This document shows positions 1 through 7,844 of a DNA stretch of 35,343 bases, piece by piece (position 1 is the first letter of the stretch; every line of letters begins with the position of its first letter). The stretch covers positions 1 through 35,343 of the forward strand of contig JANONH010000279.1 in the NCBI GenBank assembly GCA_031420735.1. Reading direction: 5' to 3'. The notes under the pieces are model-generated. The model saw only the letters and a list, made by a program, of their open reading frames with translations. It was not told the origin of the DNA and searched no databases. Both the position numbers and the translations under genes were made by a program. This stretch comes from Methylibium sp. Its GTDB lineage: Bacteria; Pseudomonadota; Gammaproteobacteria; Burkholderiales; Burkholderiaceae_C.

Positions 1-448
1 CTGGCTCGCTCTGCGTGCTCGACTCTTCGCGCACCGAGTCGGGCGGCATTTCGCTCGGATAGCGCGCGTTGACGAAGTCCGGATCTTCGGTGTCGGGCGC
101 AGCGGGCGCGTCGGGCAGAGCGGCAAACTTGCCCGGCACGATGTTGTCCGGCGCGGGCGCCAGTGGCTCGAGCACGCTTTCGAGCAGCGGCGTTGCGGAC
201 TGCGCCGCCGTCGGCGGTGAGCGGCTGGCCACGAACTCGGCCAGGCCGTGCGCGGGAGTCGCCTCGCCAAAAGGCGCTGCGAGCGTGGCTTTTGAAGGTG
301 CTTCGCGGTCGAGGTCGAACAGGCCTTCGAGCGCACTGAAGACCTCCTGGCAACGGCCGCAGCGCACGAAACCGCCGGACACCTTGAGCTGGTCCTGCAC
401 GACCTTGAAGATCGTGCCGCAGCGCGTGCAGCGGGTGGCCAGGCTCAT
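1..448 (-). CDS. N-terminal part of zinc-ribbon (MJ0042-type) / DUF3426-like protein, running off the window edge
   Basis: Not in the ORF track. Manual translation from ATG at 448: MSLATRCTRCGTIFKVVQDQLKVSGGFVRCGRCQEVF..., two CxxC pairs then a Pro/Ala-rich linker. This family is typically found downstream of prmA. Confidence 0.8.
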   Translation of the reverse strand, partial: MSLATRCTRCGTIFKVVQDQLKVSGGFVRCGRCQEVFSALEGLFDLDREAPSKATLAAPFGEATPAHGLAEFVASRSPPTAAQSATPLLESVLEPLAPAPDNIVPGKFAALPDAPAAPDTEDPDFVNARYPSEMPPDSVREESSTQSEP

Positions 449-551
449 GCTGGGGATGATGCCATCGCCGCTCGGCAAAACCGGGCCGCCGCAAGCCGCG
501 CGCTCCTCGGGCGCGGCAGGCCGCGCGGCGGCATCGAGTGGGCCCCAAGCG

Positions 552-1469
552 TCATGGGCGACGGCGCGCCTTCAGGAGAACCCAGCCGTCCTCGCGCTCG
601 CCCACCTCGAGCGCCAGCCACGGCGCGTAGGCGCTCTGCAAGGCTTCGGTTTGCCGCTCGAGGATGCCCGAGAGAAGCAAATGGCCGCCCGGCGCGACAT
701 GGCCCGACAGCAAGGGCGCCAACACCTGGAGCGGCGTCGCCAGGATGTTGGCCAGCACCACGCCATAGCTGCCGGCGGGCGCGCCGAGCGAGTCGGGCAG
801 CCCGGGGACGAGGTCGATGCCGTTGGCCTCGGCGTTCTCGCGTGCGGCCCGCACCGCCGCCGCATCGATGTCGACGGCGTCGACATGCGCGGCACCGAAG
901 CGCGCCGCTGCGATGGCCAGGATGCCCGAGCCGCAGCCGTAGTCGAGCGCACGCTGGCCTTCTACGGCCTCGCGGTGGGCGGCAATCCAGCGCAGGCACA
1001 TGCGGGTCGTCGGGTGGGTGCCGGTGCCAAACGCGAGGCCCGGGTCGAGCTGGATCACGCAGCGGGCCGCGGCCGGCGCCGCGTGCCAGGACGGCACGAT
1101 CCAAAAGCTTGGCGTGATCTCCACCGGGGTGAACTGCGACTGGGTGAGTCGCACCCAGTCTTGTGCGGGCACCGGCGCGATCGCTTCGAGCGTGGTGCCG
1201 CCCGCCCAGGCCTGGGCGAGCAGGCGCGCCGCCGCGCCGCTGGCCGCCGCCTCGTCGCCAAACAAGGCGGTGACGAGCGAGCGCTGCCAGCCCGGCTCTG
1301 GCGCGGCTTCGCCCGGTTCGCCGAACAAGGCCTGTTCGGCCTCAGTGTCGGCGCAGGCGTCCTCGACCGAAACGCTCAGCGCCTGCCATTCGAGCAGCGC
1401 GTCCGACACCGCTTCCACCCGGGTCAGGTCGGTCAGCAGCCTGATTTCGAACAGCGTCGTGCCTGGCAT
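552..1469 (-). CDS. prmA: 50S ribosomal protein L11 methyltransferase
   Basis: Motifs DPGLAFGTGTHPTT, LDYGCGSGILAI (SAM binding) and ANILA; directly follows accC. Confidence 0.97.
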   Translation of the reverse strand: MPGTTLFEIRLLTDLTRVEAVSDALLEWQALSVSVEDACADTEAEQALFGEPGEAAPEPGWQRSLVTALFGDEAAASGAAARLLAQAWAGGTTLEAIAPVPAQDWVRLTQSQFTPVEITPSFWIVPSWHAAPAAARCVIQLDPGLAFGTGTHPTTRMCLRWIAAHREAVEGQRALDYGCGSGILAIAAARFGAAHVDAVDIDAAAVRAARENAEANGIDLVPGLPDSLGAPAGSYGVVLANILATPLQVLAPLLSGHVAPGGHLLLSGILERQTEALQSAYAPWLALEVGEREDGWVLLKARRRP

Positions 1470-1550
1470 CGTTTAGCTTTCGCAGAACGCCCCGAACGGG
1501 CGCAAGGCCGCGTCGGCGAGGCCGCGCCGCAGGACTCTGGGCAGGCTCAT

Positions 1551-2900
1551 TCAGCGTTTGCGCTCGCTCATCCAGTTTTCTAGGTAGTGAATATTGGTGC
1601 CGCCTTCGACGAACTTGGCGTCGACCATCAATTCGCGGTGCAGCGGAATGTTGGTCGATATGCCTTCGACGATGGTTTCGAGCAGCGCGGTGCGCATGCG
1701 TGCGAGCGCCTGCTCTCGCGTGTCGCCGTGGGTGATGATCTTGCCGATCATGGAGTCGTAGTTGGGCGGCACGAAATAGTTGGTGTACACGTGGGAGTCG
1801 ACCCGCACGCCCGGTCCGCCCGGCGCGTGCCAAGTCGTAATGCGCCCCGGCGAAGGCGTGAACTTGTAGGGATCCTCGGCGTTGATCCGGCATTCGATGG
1901 CATGTCCGCGCATGACGATCTGGCGCTGCGTGAACGGCAGTTTTTCGCCGGCGGCCACGCGGATCTGCATCTGCACGATGTCGATGCCCGACACCAGCTC
2001 CGTCACCGGGTGCTCGACCTGCACGCGCGTGTTCATTTCGATGAAATAGAACTCGCCGTTCTCGTAGAGAAACTCGAAGGTGCCGACGCCGCGGTAGCCG
2101 ATCTTCTTGCAGGCCGCGACGCAACGCTCGCCGATGCGCTCGATCGTGCGCCGTGCGATGCCGGGCGCCGGCGCCTCTTCGATGATTTTCTGGTGACGCC
2201 GCTGCATCGAGCAGTCGCGCTCGCCGAGCCACACCACGTTGCGCTGCGTGTCGGCCAGCACCTGAATCTCGATGTGGCGCGGGTTCTGCAGGAACTTCTC
2301 CATGTAGACCGCGGAGTTGCCGAAAGCCGCGCCGGCCTCGGCCTGGGTGGTTTGCACGGCATGCAGCAGGGCCGCCTCGGTGTGCACCACGCGCATGCCG
2401 CGGCCGCCGCCGCCGCCGGAGGCCTTGATGATGACGGGGTAGCCGATCGCGCGCGCCTGCCGCGTGATCTCTTTGGGATCGTCGGGCAGCGCGCCTTCGG
2501 CCCCCGGCACGGTGGGCACGCCCGCCTTGATCATGGCTTGCTTGGCCGCGACCTTGTCGCCCATGATGCGGATCGCCTCGGGCGTCGGGCCGATGAACAC
2601 GAAGCCGCTTTGCTGCACACGCTCGGCGAAGTCGGCGTTTTCGCTGAGGAAGCCGTAGCCGGGGTGGATCGCTTCGGCGTCGGTCACTTCCGCCGCCGAG
2701 ATGATGGCGGGCATGTTGAGGTAGCTCAGGGCCGAGGAGGCGGGCCCGATGCAGACCGATTCGTCGGCCAGCCGCACGTATTTGGCATCGCGGTCCGCCT
2801 CGGAATAAACGATGACGGAGCGCACACCCAACTCACGGCACGCCCGCTGGATGCGCAGGGCGATCTCGCCGCGGTTGGCGATCAGTATTTTCTTGAACAT
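1551..2900 (-). CDS. accC: Acetyl-CoA carboxylase biotin carboxylase subunit
   Basis: Start trimmed to [14 protein letters not shown] (ATG 2900, 449 aa). Motifs [45 protein letters not shown]. Confidence 0.98.
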   Translation of the reverse strand: MFKKILIANRGEIALRIQRACRELGVRSVIVYSEADRDAKYVRLADESVCIGPASSALSYLNMPAIISAAEVTDAEAIHPGYGFLSENADFAERVQQSGFVFIGPTPEAIRIMGDKVAAKQAMIKAGVPTVPGAEGALPDDPKEITRQARAIGYPVIIKASGGGGGRGMRVVHTEAALLHAVQTTQAEAGAAFGNSAVYMEKFLQNPRHIEIQVLADTQRNVVWLGERDCSMQRRHQKIIEEAPAPGIARRTIERIGERCVAACKKIGYRGVGTFEFLYENGEFYFIEMNTRVQVEHPVTELVSGIDIVQMQIRVAAGEKLPFTQRQIVMRGHAIECRINAEDPYKFTPSPGRITTWHAPGGPGVRVDSHVYTNYFVPPNYDSMIGKIITHGDTREQALARMRTALLETIVEGISTNIPLHRELMVDAKFVEGGTNIHYLENWMSERKR

Positions 2901-2905
2901 CGGGC

Positions 2906-3361
2906 TTACTCGATGACGAACAGCGCTTGGCCGTACTCGACGGCTTGGCCGTTCTCGCACAGCAGCTGGGTGACTTTGCCGCTCTTGTCCGCCTCGATCT
3001 CGTTCATGATCTTCATCGCTTCGATGATGCAGATGGGCTCGCCCTCCTTGACCTCGCTGCCGATCTCGACCAAGGCTTTGGCGCCCGGGCTCGACGAACG
3101 GTAGAAGGTGCCGACCATCGGCGACTTCACCACGTGGCCGGTCGGCTCGGGCGCTGCGGCGGGCGGCGCCAGCGCAGCGGGCTGAAGCTCGGAGGCCGGG
3201 GCGGGCGCGACCTGCAGCGGCGCCATGGCGTAGGCCTGCATGATCGGCGCCGGCGGGCTTTTGACGATGCGGACCTTGCCGTCGGCTTCGGTGATCTCGA
3301 GCTCGGAGACGTTGGATTCGGACACCAGGTCGATCAGTGTCTTGAGTTTGCGCAGGTCCAT
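2906..3361 (-). CDS. accB: Acetyl-CoA carboxylase biotin carboxyl carrier protein
   Basis: [12 protein letters not shown] start preceded by GGAG; Ala/Pro linker; SPMVGTFY and the biotinylation motif EAMKIMNEI. Confidence 0.98.
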   Translation of the reverse strand: MDLRKLKTLIDLVSESNVSELEITEADGKVRIVKSPPAPIMQAYAMAPLQVAPAPASELQPAALAPPAAAPEPTGHVVKSPMVGTFYRSSSPGAKALVEIGSEVKEGEPICIIEAMKIMNEIEADKSGKVTQLLCENGQAVEYGQALFVIE

Positions 3362-3428
3362 GGAAATCTCCAACGAAAGTCTTGTGTTTCTCGGAAAGCG
3401 GCGCGGCCATCAGCGCGCGAGTGCACCC

Positions 3429-3881
3429 TCAAGTCTTTAGCGTGGCACCGCCAAGTCGTTCGATGGCGAACTCGAGCGCCAGCCGGTAGCCGGTGGCGCC
3501 CAGCCCGACGATCACGCCTTCGGCCAGAGCCGAGAAATAGGAATGGTGTCGAAACGCCTCGCGCCGGTGCGTGTTGGACAAGTGCACCTCCACGAAAGGC
3601 AGGGCCACGGCTGCCAGCGCATCGCGCAGGGCGATGCTCGTGTGGGTAAACGCTGCCGGGTTGATGATGATGAAGGCGGTCGAGTCGCCGCGGGCCTGCT
3701 GCACCCGGTCCACCAGCGCGCCCTCGTGGTTGCTCTGGAAGGCGCTGAGCGTGTGGCCGGCTTTCACCGCCTGCAAATGGAGTTCACGGTCGATCTCGTC
3801 GAGTGTCGCGACACCGTAAATGGCGGGCTCGCGGCTGCCCAAAAGGTTGAGATTGGGTCCGTGAATAACGAGGATTTGCAT
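3429..3881 (-). CDS. aroQ: Type II 3-dehydroquinate dehydratase
   Basis: Motifs [47 protein letters not shown]. Confidence 0.97.
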   Translation of the reverse strand: MQILVIHGPNLNLLGSREPAIYGVATLDEIDRELHLQAVKAGHTLSAFQSNHEGALVDRVQQARGDSTAFIIINPAAFTHTSIALRDALAAVALPFVEVHLSNTHRREAFRHHSYFSALAEGVIVGLGATGYRLALEFAIERLGGATLKT

Positions 3882-3923
3882 CCGATGAGTTCAAATAACC
3901 GGCAGATCGGCCAGGGAAGCCAT

Positions 3924-3942
3924 AACTTTACGCGTAAAAGTT
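3924..3942. promoter_or_regulatory. AT-rich palindrome upstream of aroQ-accBC-prmA (putative operator/promoter)
   Basis: Perfect 12-bp palindrome TTTACGCGTAAA (3927-3938) within AACTTTACGCGTAAAAGTT, about 45 bp upstream of the aroQ start. Confidence 0.4.
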
Positions 3943-3970
3943 TAGCTACCGGTACGTCGCCGCCGCTTTT

Positions 3971-4579
3971 TCACTGCACGCCCTGGGCCCATGAAACCAT
4001 TTCAGCGAAGCTCGTTTCGCCCAGCTTTCGCTGCACCGTCTTGCCGCTGGCGTCGATCACTACGGTGAACGGCAGGCCGCCGCGGTCGTTGCCCAATTGC
4101 CGGGTGAGTGCGCTGCCCTCGAAGCCGGCCAAGCCGATCGGAAAAGTCACCTTGAGTTTAGTGGCCAGAAATTCGCGCACGGGGGTCGGCCCGTCGATCG
4201 CCAGTCCAACTACTTGCCACCCAAAGGCGGCGTATTCTCTGTAGAAGCGGTCGATTTGCGGCATTTCGCGCACGCATGGGGCGCACCAGGTAGCCCAAAA
4301 GTTAATGAGCAGCGGCTTGCCGCGCAGCGCCGCCATCTCCAGCATGCCGCCTTCGGGCCGCTCGAAACGCAGCGCCCACAGCTCGTTGCCGGGCTGCTCG
4401 GCGCCGGGTGAGCTTGCTGGCGCGGCAGCGCCAAGCTGCTGCGCCTTGGGCGCATCCTTGGAATCCGGAGCTGCGCTGCGTCGCCACCATGCCAGGCCCA
4501 CCCCGGCAGAGGTCGCCGCAGCGGCGGTGCCGGCGATCAACAGCGTGCGTCGACGCCTCGAAGGGACTTTGCTCGTCAT
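3971..4579 (-). CDS. TlpA-family thiol-disulfide oxidoreductase
   Basis: Start trimmed to MTSKVPSRRRR (ATG 4579). Basic then hydrophobic N-terminal anchor; LINFWATWCAPCVREMP (CxxC); GLPFTVVID. Confidence 0.9.
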   Translation of the reverse strand: MTSKVPSRRRRTLLIAGTAAAATSAGVGLAWWRRSAAPDSKDAPKAQQLGAAAPASSPGAEQPGNELWALRFERPEGGMLEMAALRGKPLLINFWATWCAPCVREMPQIDRFYREYAAFGWQVVGLAIDGPTPVREFLATKLKVTFPIGLAGFEGSALTRQLGNDRGGLPFTVVIDASGKTVQRKLGETSFAEMVSWAQGVQ

Positions 4580-5259
4580 GGGGTGTTCTCCATCAGCTGG
4601 CGCAAGGCCTTTGCATCGCCGCGCAGCGCGCGGCCGTGGGCGTCGGGCTTGAGGGCGCCGCGCAGGTCGTCGTGGTCGAGGATGCTGAGGTAGACAAATA
4701 TCCTTTGGCCCGACGCGCTTGCCGCGCCGCCAAACCCTGCGCTTGCCGCGCCGCCGAGCCCTGCGCGCGCCGCGGCAGGCGCCGCCGCGCGCGGCGGTCC
4801 TGGTTCGCGGTGCGCAAAGCTCAGCACGTCGATCGGCGCTGCGCGCGGGCCGCGGATGCTGCCCACTTCGTAGGCGATGCGCTGCTCGAGCAGCGCGATC
4901 TCGGCCGACTTGGGGTCGTCGCAGTAGAGCTGCAGATGCACGCCGCTCGAGCAAGTGGCCGTGCCACGCCATACGGCGCCGGTCAAATGGGGGCGAAAGG
5001 CGGCAAGGCGTTCCATCCAGGTGAGCGCCACCCGGCGCAATTGCGCCAGTTCACCTGGCTGGGTGTCGGCGCAAAAAATTGCCAGGTAGGCCCGCACTTC
5101 CGCTTCGAGGAGGTCGTTTCCCGGCAAGTCGCCGCTGGGCAAGCCGCGCTTGCCCAGGAGTTTGAGGGCGCGCTGCTTGGCCGGCCCGTATTCGAGGCCT
5201 TCTTCCACCACCAGGCGGGCGGCGGTGACTGCGATCTGTTCGCGAAGCGTGGAGTGCAT
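4576..5259 (-). CDS. Conserved hypothetical protein with a degenerate nucleotidyltransferase-like motif
   Basis: Start MHSTLREQIAVTAARLVVEEGLEYGPAKQRA; central HLTGAVWRGTATCSSGVHLQLYCDD; stop overlaps the tlpA-like ATG (ATGA). Confidence 0.75.
   Translation of the reverse strand: MHSTLREQIAVTAARLVVEEGLEYGPAKQRALKLLGKRGLPSGDLPGNDLLEAEVRAYLAIFCADTQPGELAQLRRVALTWMERLAAFRPHLTGAVWRGTATCSSGVHLQLYCDDPKSAEIALLEQRIAYEVGSIRGPRAAPIDVLSFAHREPGPPRAAAPAAARAGLGGAASAGFGGAASASGQRIFVYLSILDHDDLRGALKPDAHGRALRGDAKALRQLMENTP
4715..4762. repeat. 24-bp in-frame tandem duplication
   Basis: gcgcttgccgcgccgccaaaccct / gcgcttgccgcgccgccgagccct (22/24 identical); encodes GLGGAASA-GFGGAASA. Confidence 0.85.
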
Positions 5260-5321
5260 GCTGGTGTGGGGCAAGATCGGCGCCGCCCGCGCGTACTCGG
5301 CGCCCGGCTGCAAACCGGTGG

Positions 5322-6053
5322 TCAGGGCAATTCGACGGATCCCATGCGGGCGACGACGGTGGCGGCGCGGCCGCTGACATAGGCCGATCCCGGGCGTTTC
5401 TCGAAGCGCTTGGGTGCGGGCAGCATCACGGCCAGCCGGGCCGCCTGCATGGGCGCCAGGCGGTCGGCGTCGATGCCGAAATAGCGTTGAGCCGCGGCGC
5501 GCACGCCGAACACGCCCGCGCCCCATTCAACGTTGTTGAGGTAGACCTCGAGAATGCGTTCCTTGGACAACAGCGCCTCGAGCATCATGCTCAGCACGAA
5601 CTCCTGCGCCTTGCGCGGCAGGCTGCGTTCGCTCGAGAGGAACAGGTTCTTGGCGAGCTGCTGGGTGATGGTGGATGCGCCGACCAGCTTGGGCAGGCGC
5701 TGCGGCGCAGCGGCCAGTCGCGGCGCGGCTTCGGTGCGGGCCTGCGCACGCTGGTTCTTCTCCCAGGCTTTCTCGATCGCTTCCCAGTCGATGCCCGCGT
5801 GCTCGGTGAAGCCCGAGTCCTCGGAGGCGATCACGGCGCGCTTCATGGAATCGGCGATGCGCTCGTAGGGCATCCAGGCCTGCTGCCAGCGCAGGGGAGC
5901 GGGTTCGCGCAAGAGCCGCACGATTTCGCTGCGCTGCAGGCTGGTGGACTGCGGGTCGACGAGGCGCATCGCGGCGATCCTCAGGGCAAACACAAGCTGC
6001 AGCGCCACGGCGCTGACCAGCAGCAGCAGCAGGTAGCGCAGCAGCGCCTTCAT
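5322..6053 (-). CDS. mtgA: Monofunctional biosynthetic peptidoglycan transglycosylase (GT51)
   Basis: Start MKALLRYLLL (ATGA overlap with the aroE stop); motifs ASEDSGFTEHAG, GASTITQQLAKNLFL, RKAQE, KERILEVYLN. Confidence 0.95.
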   Translation of the reverse strand: MKALLRYLLLLLVSAVALQLVFALRIAAMRLVDPQSTSLQRSEIVRLLREPAPLRWQQAWMPYERIADSMKRAVIASEDSGFTEHAGIDWEAIEKAWEKNQRAQARTEAAPRLAAAPQRLPKLVGASTITQQLAKNLFLSSERSLPRKAQEFVLSMMLEALLSKERILEVYLNNVEWGAGVFGVRAAAQRYFGIDADRLAPMQAARLAVMLPAPKRFEKRPGSAYVSGRAATVVARMGSVELP

Positions 6054-6928
6054 GCCGCCTCGGCCCGAACGGCCGCACGCAACTCGGCCAGCACCTCGCG
6101 CGTGGGCGGGCGCACGCCACGCCATGCGGCAAAGGCCTCGGCGGCCTGCTCCACCAGCATGCCCAGACCATCGCGGCCCTCGGCGCCGCCGGTGTGCGCC
6201 CAGTCTAGAAAGGCCCGTGCCGGCGGGCCGTACATCATGTCGATGGCCAGCGTGCCGCGGCGCAACACGCTCGCCGGTACGGGAATGCCCTGGCCGGCCA
6301 GGCTCGCGGCCGTCGCGTTGACGACGACGTCGAAGCCGCTGCCGGGCTCGCCAAGCGCCGCGGCGCTCAAATCGCAAGCGTGGCGCGAGGCGAGCGCCGC
6401 ATGGCGTTGCACCAGCGCGCTCGCTCTGGACGGCGAACGGTTAACCACCACCAGGCGCGACACGCCGGCTTCGAGCAAGGGCCCGAGCACGCCCGCCGCG
6501 GCCCCACCGGCGCCCACGAGCAGCAGGCTTGCGCCGCGCAGGTCGACGCCCGCGTGGCTGCCGATGTCGCGCACCAGGCCGGCACCGTCGGTGTTGTCGC
6601 CGTGGCGCCCAAGTGAGTCGAAGCTCAGGGTGTTGACCGCCTGCGCCAGGGCGGCACGCGGACTCAAGCTCGTGGCGAGTGCTGCGGCTTCGAACTTGAA
6701 GGGCAGCGTGACATTGCAGCCGCGCGCGCCGCTCGCCGCCAGCGCAAGGATCGCGGCGGCAAATCCATCGAGCGGGCAAGGCAGCCGAGCGTAGTCCAGC
6801 GCCTGACCGGTGAGCTCGGCAAAGCGCGCATGTATGAAGGGCGAGCGGCTGTGTTCGACCGGCTGGCCAACGACGGCGTAGCGGTCGGGCGCGCCACGCG
6901 CAGCCGGCGTTTGCTGGGCGTTCGTCAT
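6050..6928 (-). CDS. aroE: Shikimate dehydrogenase
   Basis: Motifs GQPVEHSRSPFIH, GCNVTLPFK, AVNTL, NTDGAG, GAGGAA, DMMY, GLGMLVEQAA. Confidence 0.95.
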   Translation of the reverse strand: MTNAQQTPAARGAPDRYAVVGQPVEHSRSPFIHARFAELTGQALDYARLPCPLDGFAAAILALAASGARGCNVTLPFKFEAAALATSLSPRAALAQAVNTLSFDSLGRHGDNTDGAGLVRDIGSHAGVDLRGASLLLVGAGGAAAGVLGPLLEAGVSRLVVVNRSPSRASALVQRHAALASRHACDLSAAALGEPGSGFDVVVNATAASLAGQGIPVPASVLRRGTLAIDMMYGPPARAFLDWAHTGGAEGRDGLGMLVEQAAEAFAAWRGVRPPTREVLAELRAAVRAEAA

Positions 6929-7812
6929 GGGGGGATCGACTGGAAGCGCGTCTCCAGGGCCTCGTCGCGGGTGAAGCGAAAGCGCGACACGACCGCGATC
7001 TGGTCGGCCTGCTTGCGCATCGCCTCGGTGAAGGCTCCAAAAGGCCCGGCGGCACGCACGATGGCCTGGGCGCGCCGGTCAAGCGCGGCCTGCCCGGAGC
7101 CCTGCACGATCTCGGTCTCGACCACGCGGCCGCTGGAATCGACCCAGATGAGCATGACCAGTTCGCCGTAGAGCTTCTTGCCTTTTTCCTCGGGAAAATT
7201 GCGTGTGCCGCGGTCTTCGATACGGCGCTTGAGGGTGTCGTAGTAGATCGCGTAGACCGCTTCGCTGGTGGAGGGGCTGATGTAGCGCTTGCGCGGGCGC
7301 GCGTTCTCTTCGTTGATGCGCTTTTCGATCTCGGCGAGCATGCGCAGCAACTGGCGCCGCTGCTCGGTTTGCGAACGCGCGTCGGGCGTGCCCTCGTCTT
7401 TTTGGGGGTCGGGCGCCGGCAGCCTGGCCAACTCGCGCCTGATCTGCGCGAGCAGCCGCGTCTGCTGCTCGTGCAGGGTCTGGATTTGTTTGCGGGCGTC
7501 TTCGAGGGAGTCGCCCACTTCGCTGGTGGCCGAGGGCGGCAGCGGCGAGGTGGCGCGCCCCTTCTGCGCTTCGCCGCCACCGGCGAGCGCGGCCTGAGCG
7601 ATGGCCTGGGCCTTGAGCGGTGGCTCGGTGGAGCGCGCGTTGACCAGGATCACTTCGAGCGGTGTGTCCTTGAAGACGCGGTCGAAGCGTTCGGGGTCGA
7701 CGAAGCGCACCGTCAGCAGCGCGGCATGCAGGCCAAAAGACAGCAACAGCGCGATCTGCAGGGTGCTCAGGCCGCGCAGGCGCCGCGCCCAGCGCGAGAG
7801 CGTCCGATTCAT
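6925..7812 (-). CDS. TonB C-terminal domain family protein
   Basis: N-terminal TM ending SFGLHAALL (SxxxH), coiled-coil middle, TonB_C-like C-terminus (NFP...G.LVMLIWVDSSGRV...GSG..ALDRRA...AAGPF). Confidence 0.8.
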   Translation of the reverse strand: MNRTLSRWARRLRGLSTLQIALLLSFGLHAALLTVRFVDPERFDRVFKDTPLEVILVNARSTEPPLKAQAIAQAALAGGGEAQKGRATSPLPPSATSEVGDSLEDARKQIQTLHEQQTRLLAQIRRELARLPAPDPQKDEGTPDARSQTEQRRQLLRMLAEIEKRINEENARPRKRYISPSTSEAVYAIYYDTLKRRIEDRGTRNFPEEKGKKLYGELVMLIWVDSSGRVVETEIVQGSGQAALDRRAQAIVRAAGPFGAFTEAMRKQADQIAVVSRFRFTRDEALETRFQSIPP

Positions 7813-7844
7813 GGCGGCATCGCTGTTCTGAGACTCTCAGCGTC

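Noticed and set aside
1488-1502. CGCCC-CGAAC-GGGCG hairpin between accC and prmA
   Set aside because: Short GC stem expected by chance; no U-tract and no clear match to the repeat family.
69-1583. 504-aa plus-strand ORF and similar long antisense ORFs (1587-3104, 8016-9599, 10604-11986, 12074-13468, 16772-18760, 22665-26030, 29674-31545)
   Set aside because: Shadow frames of well-supported genes in high-GC DNA; no recognisable motifs.
2901-3410. 170-aa N-terminal extension on accC suggesting a fusion or frameshift with accB
   Set aside because: It overlaps accB out of frame; accB has its own stop and accC has a canonical [12 protein letters not shown] start.
4545-4579. Twin-arginine (Tat) signal in the TlpA-like protein (SRRRRTLL)
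   Set aside because: Resembles but does not match S/T-R-R-x-F-L-K well; equally explained as positive-inside residues before a membrane anchor.
7828-7840. Short hairpin CTGAG-ACT-CTCAG after the RNB gene
   Set aside because: 5-bp stem without a U-tract; too weak to call a terminator.
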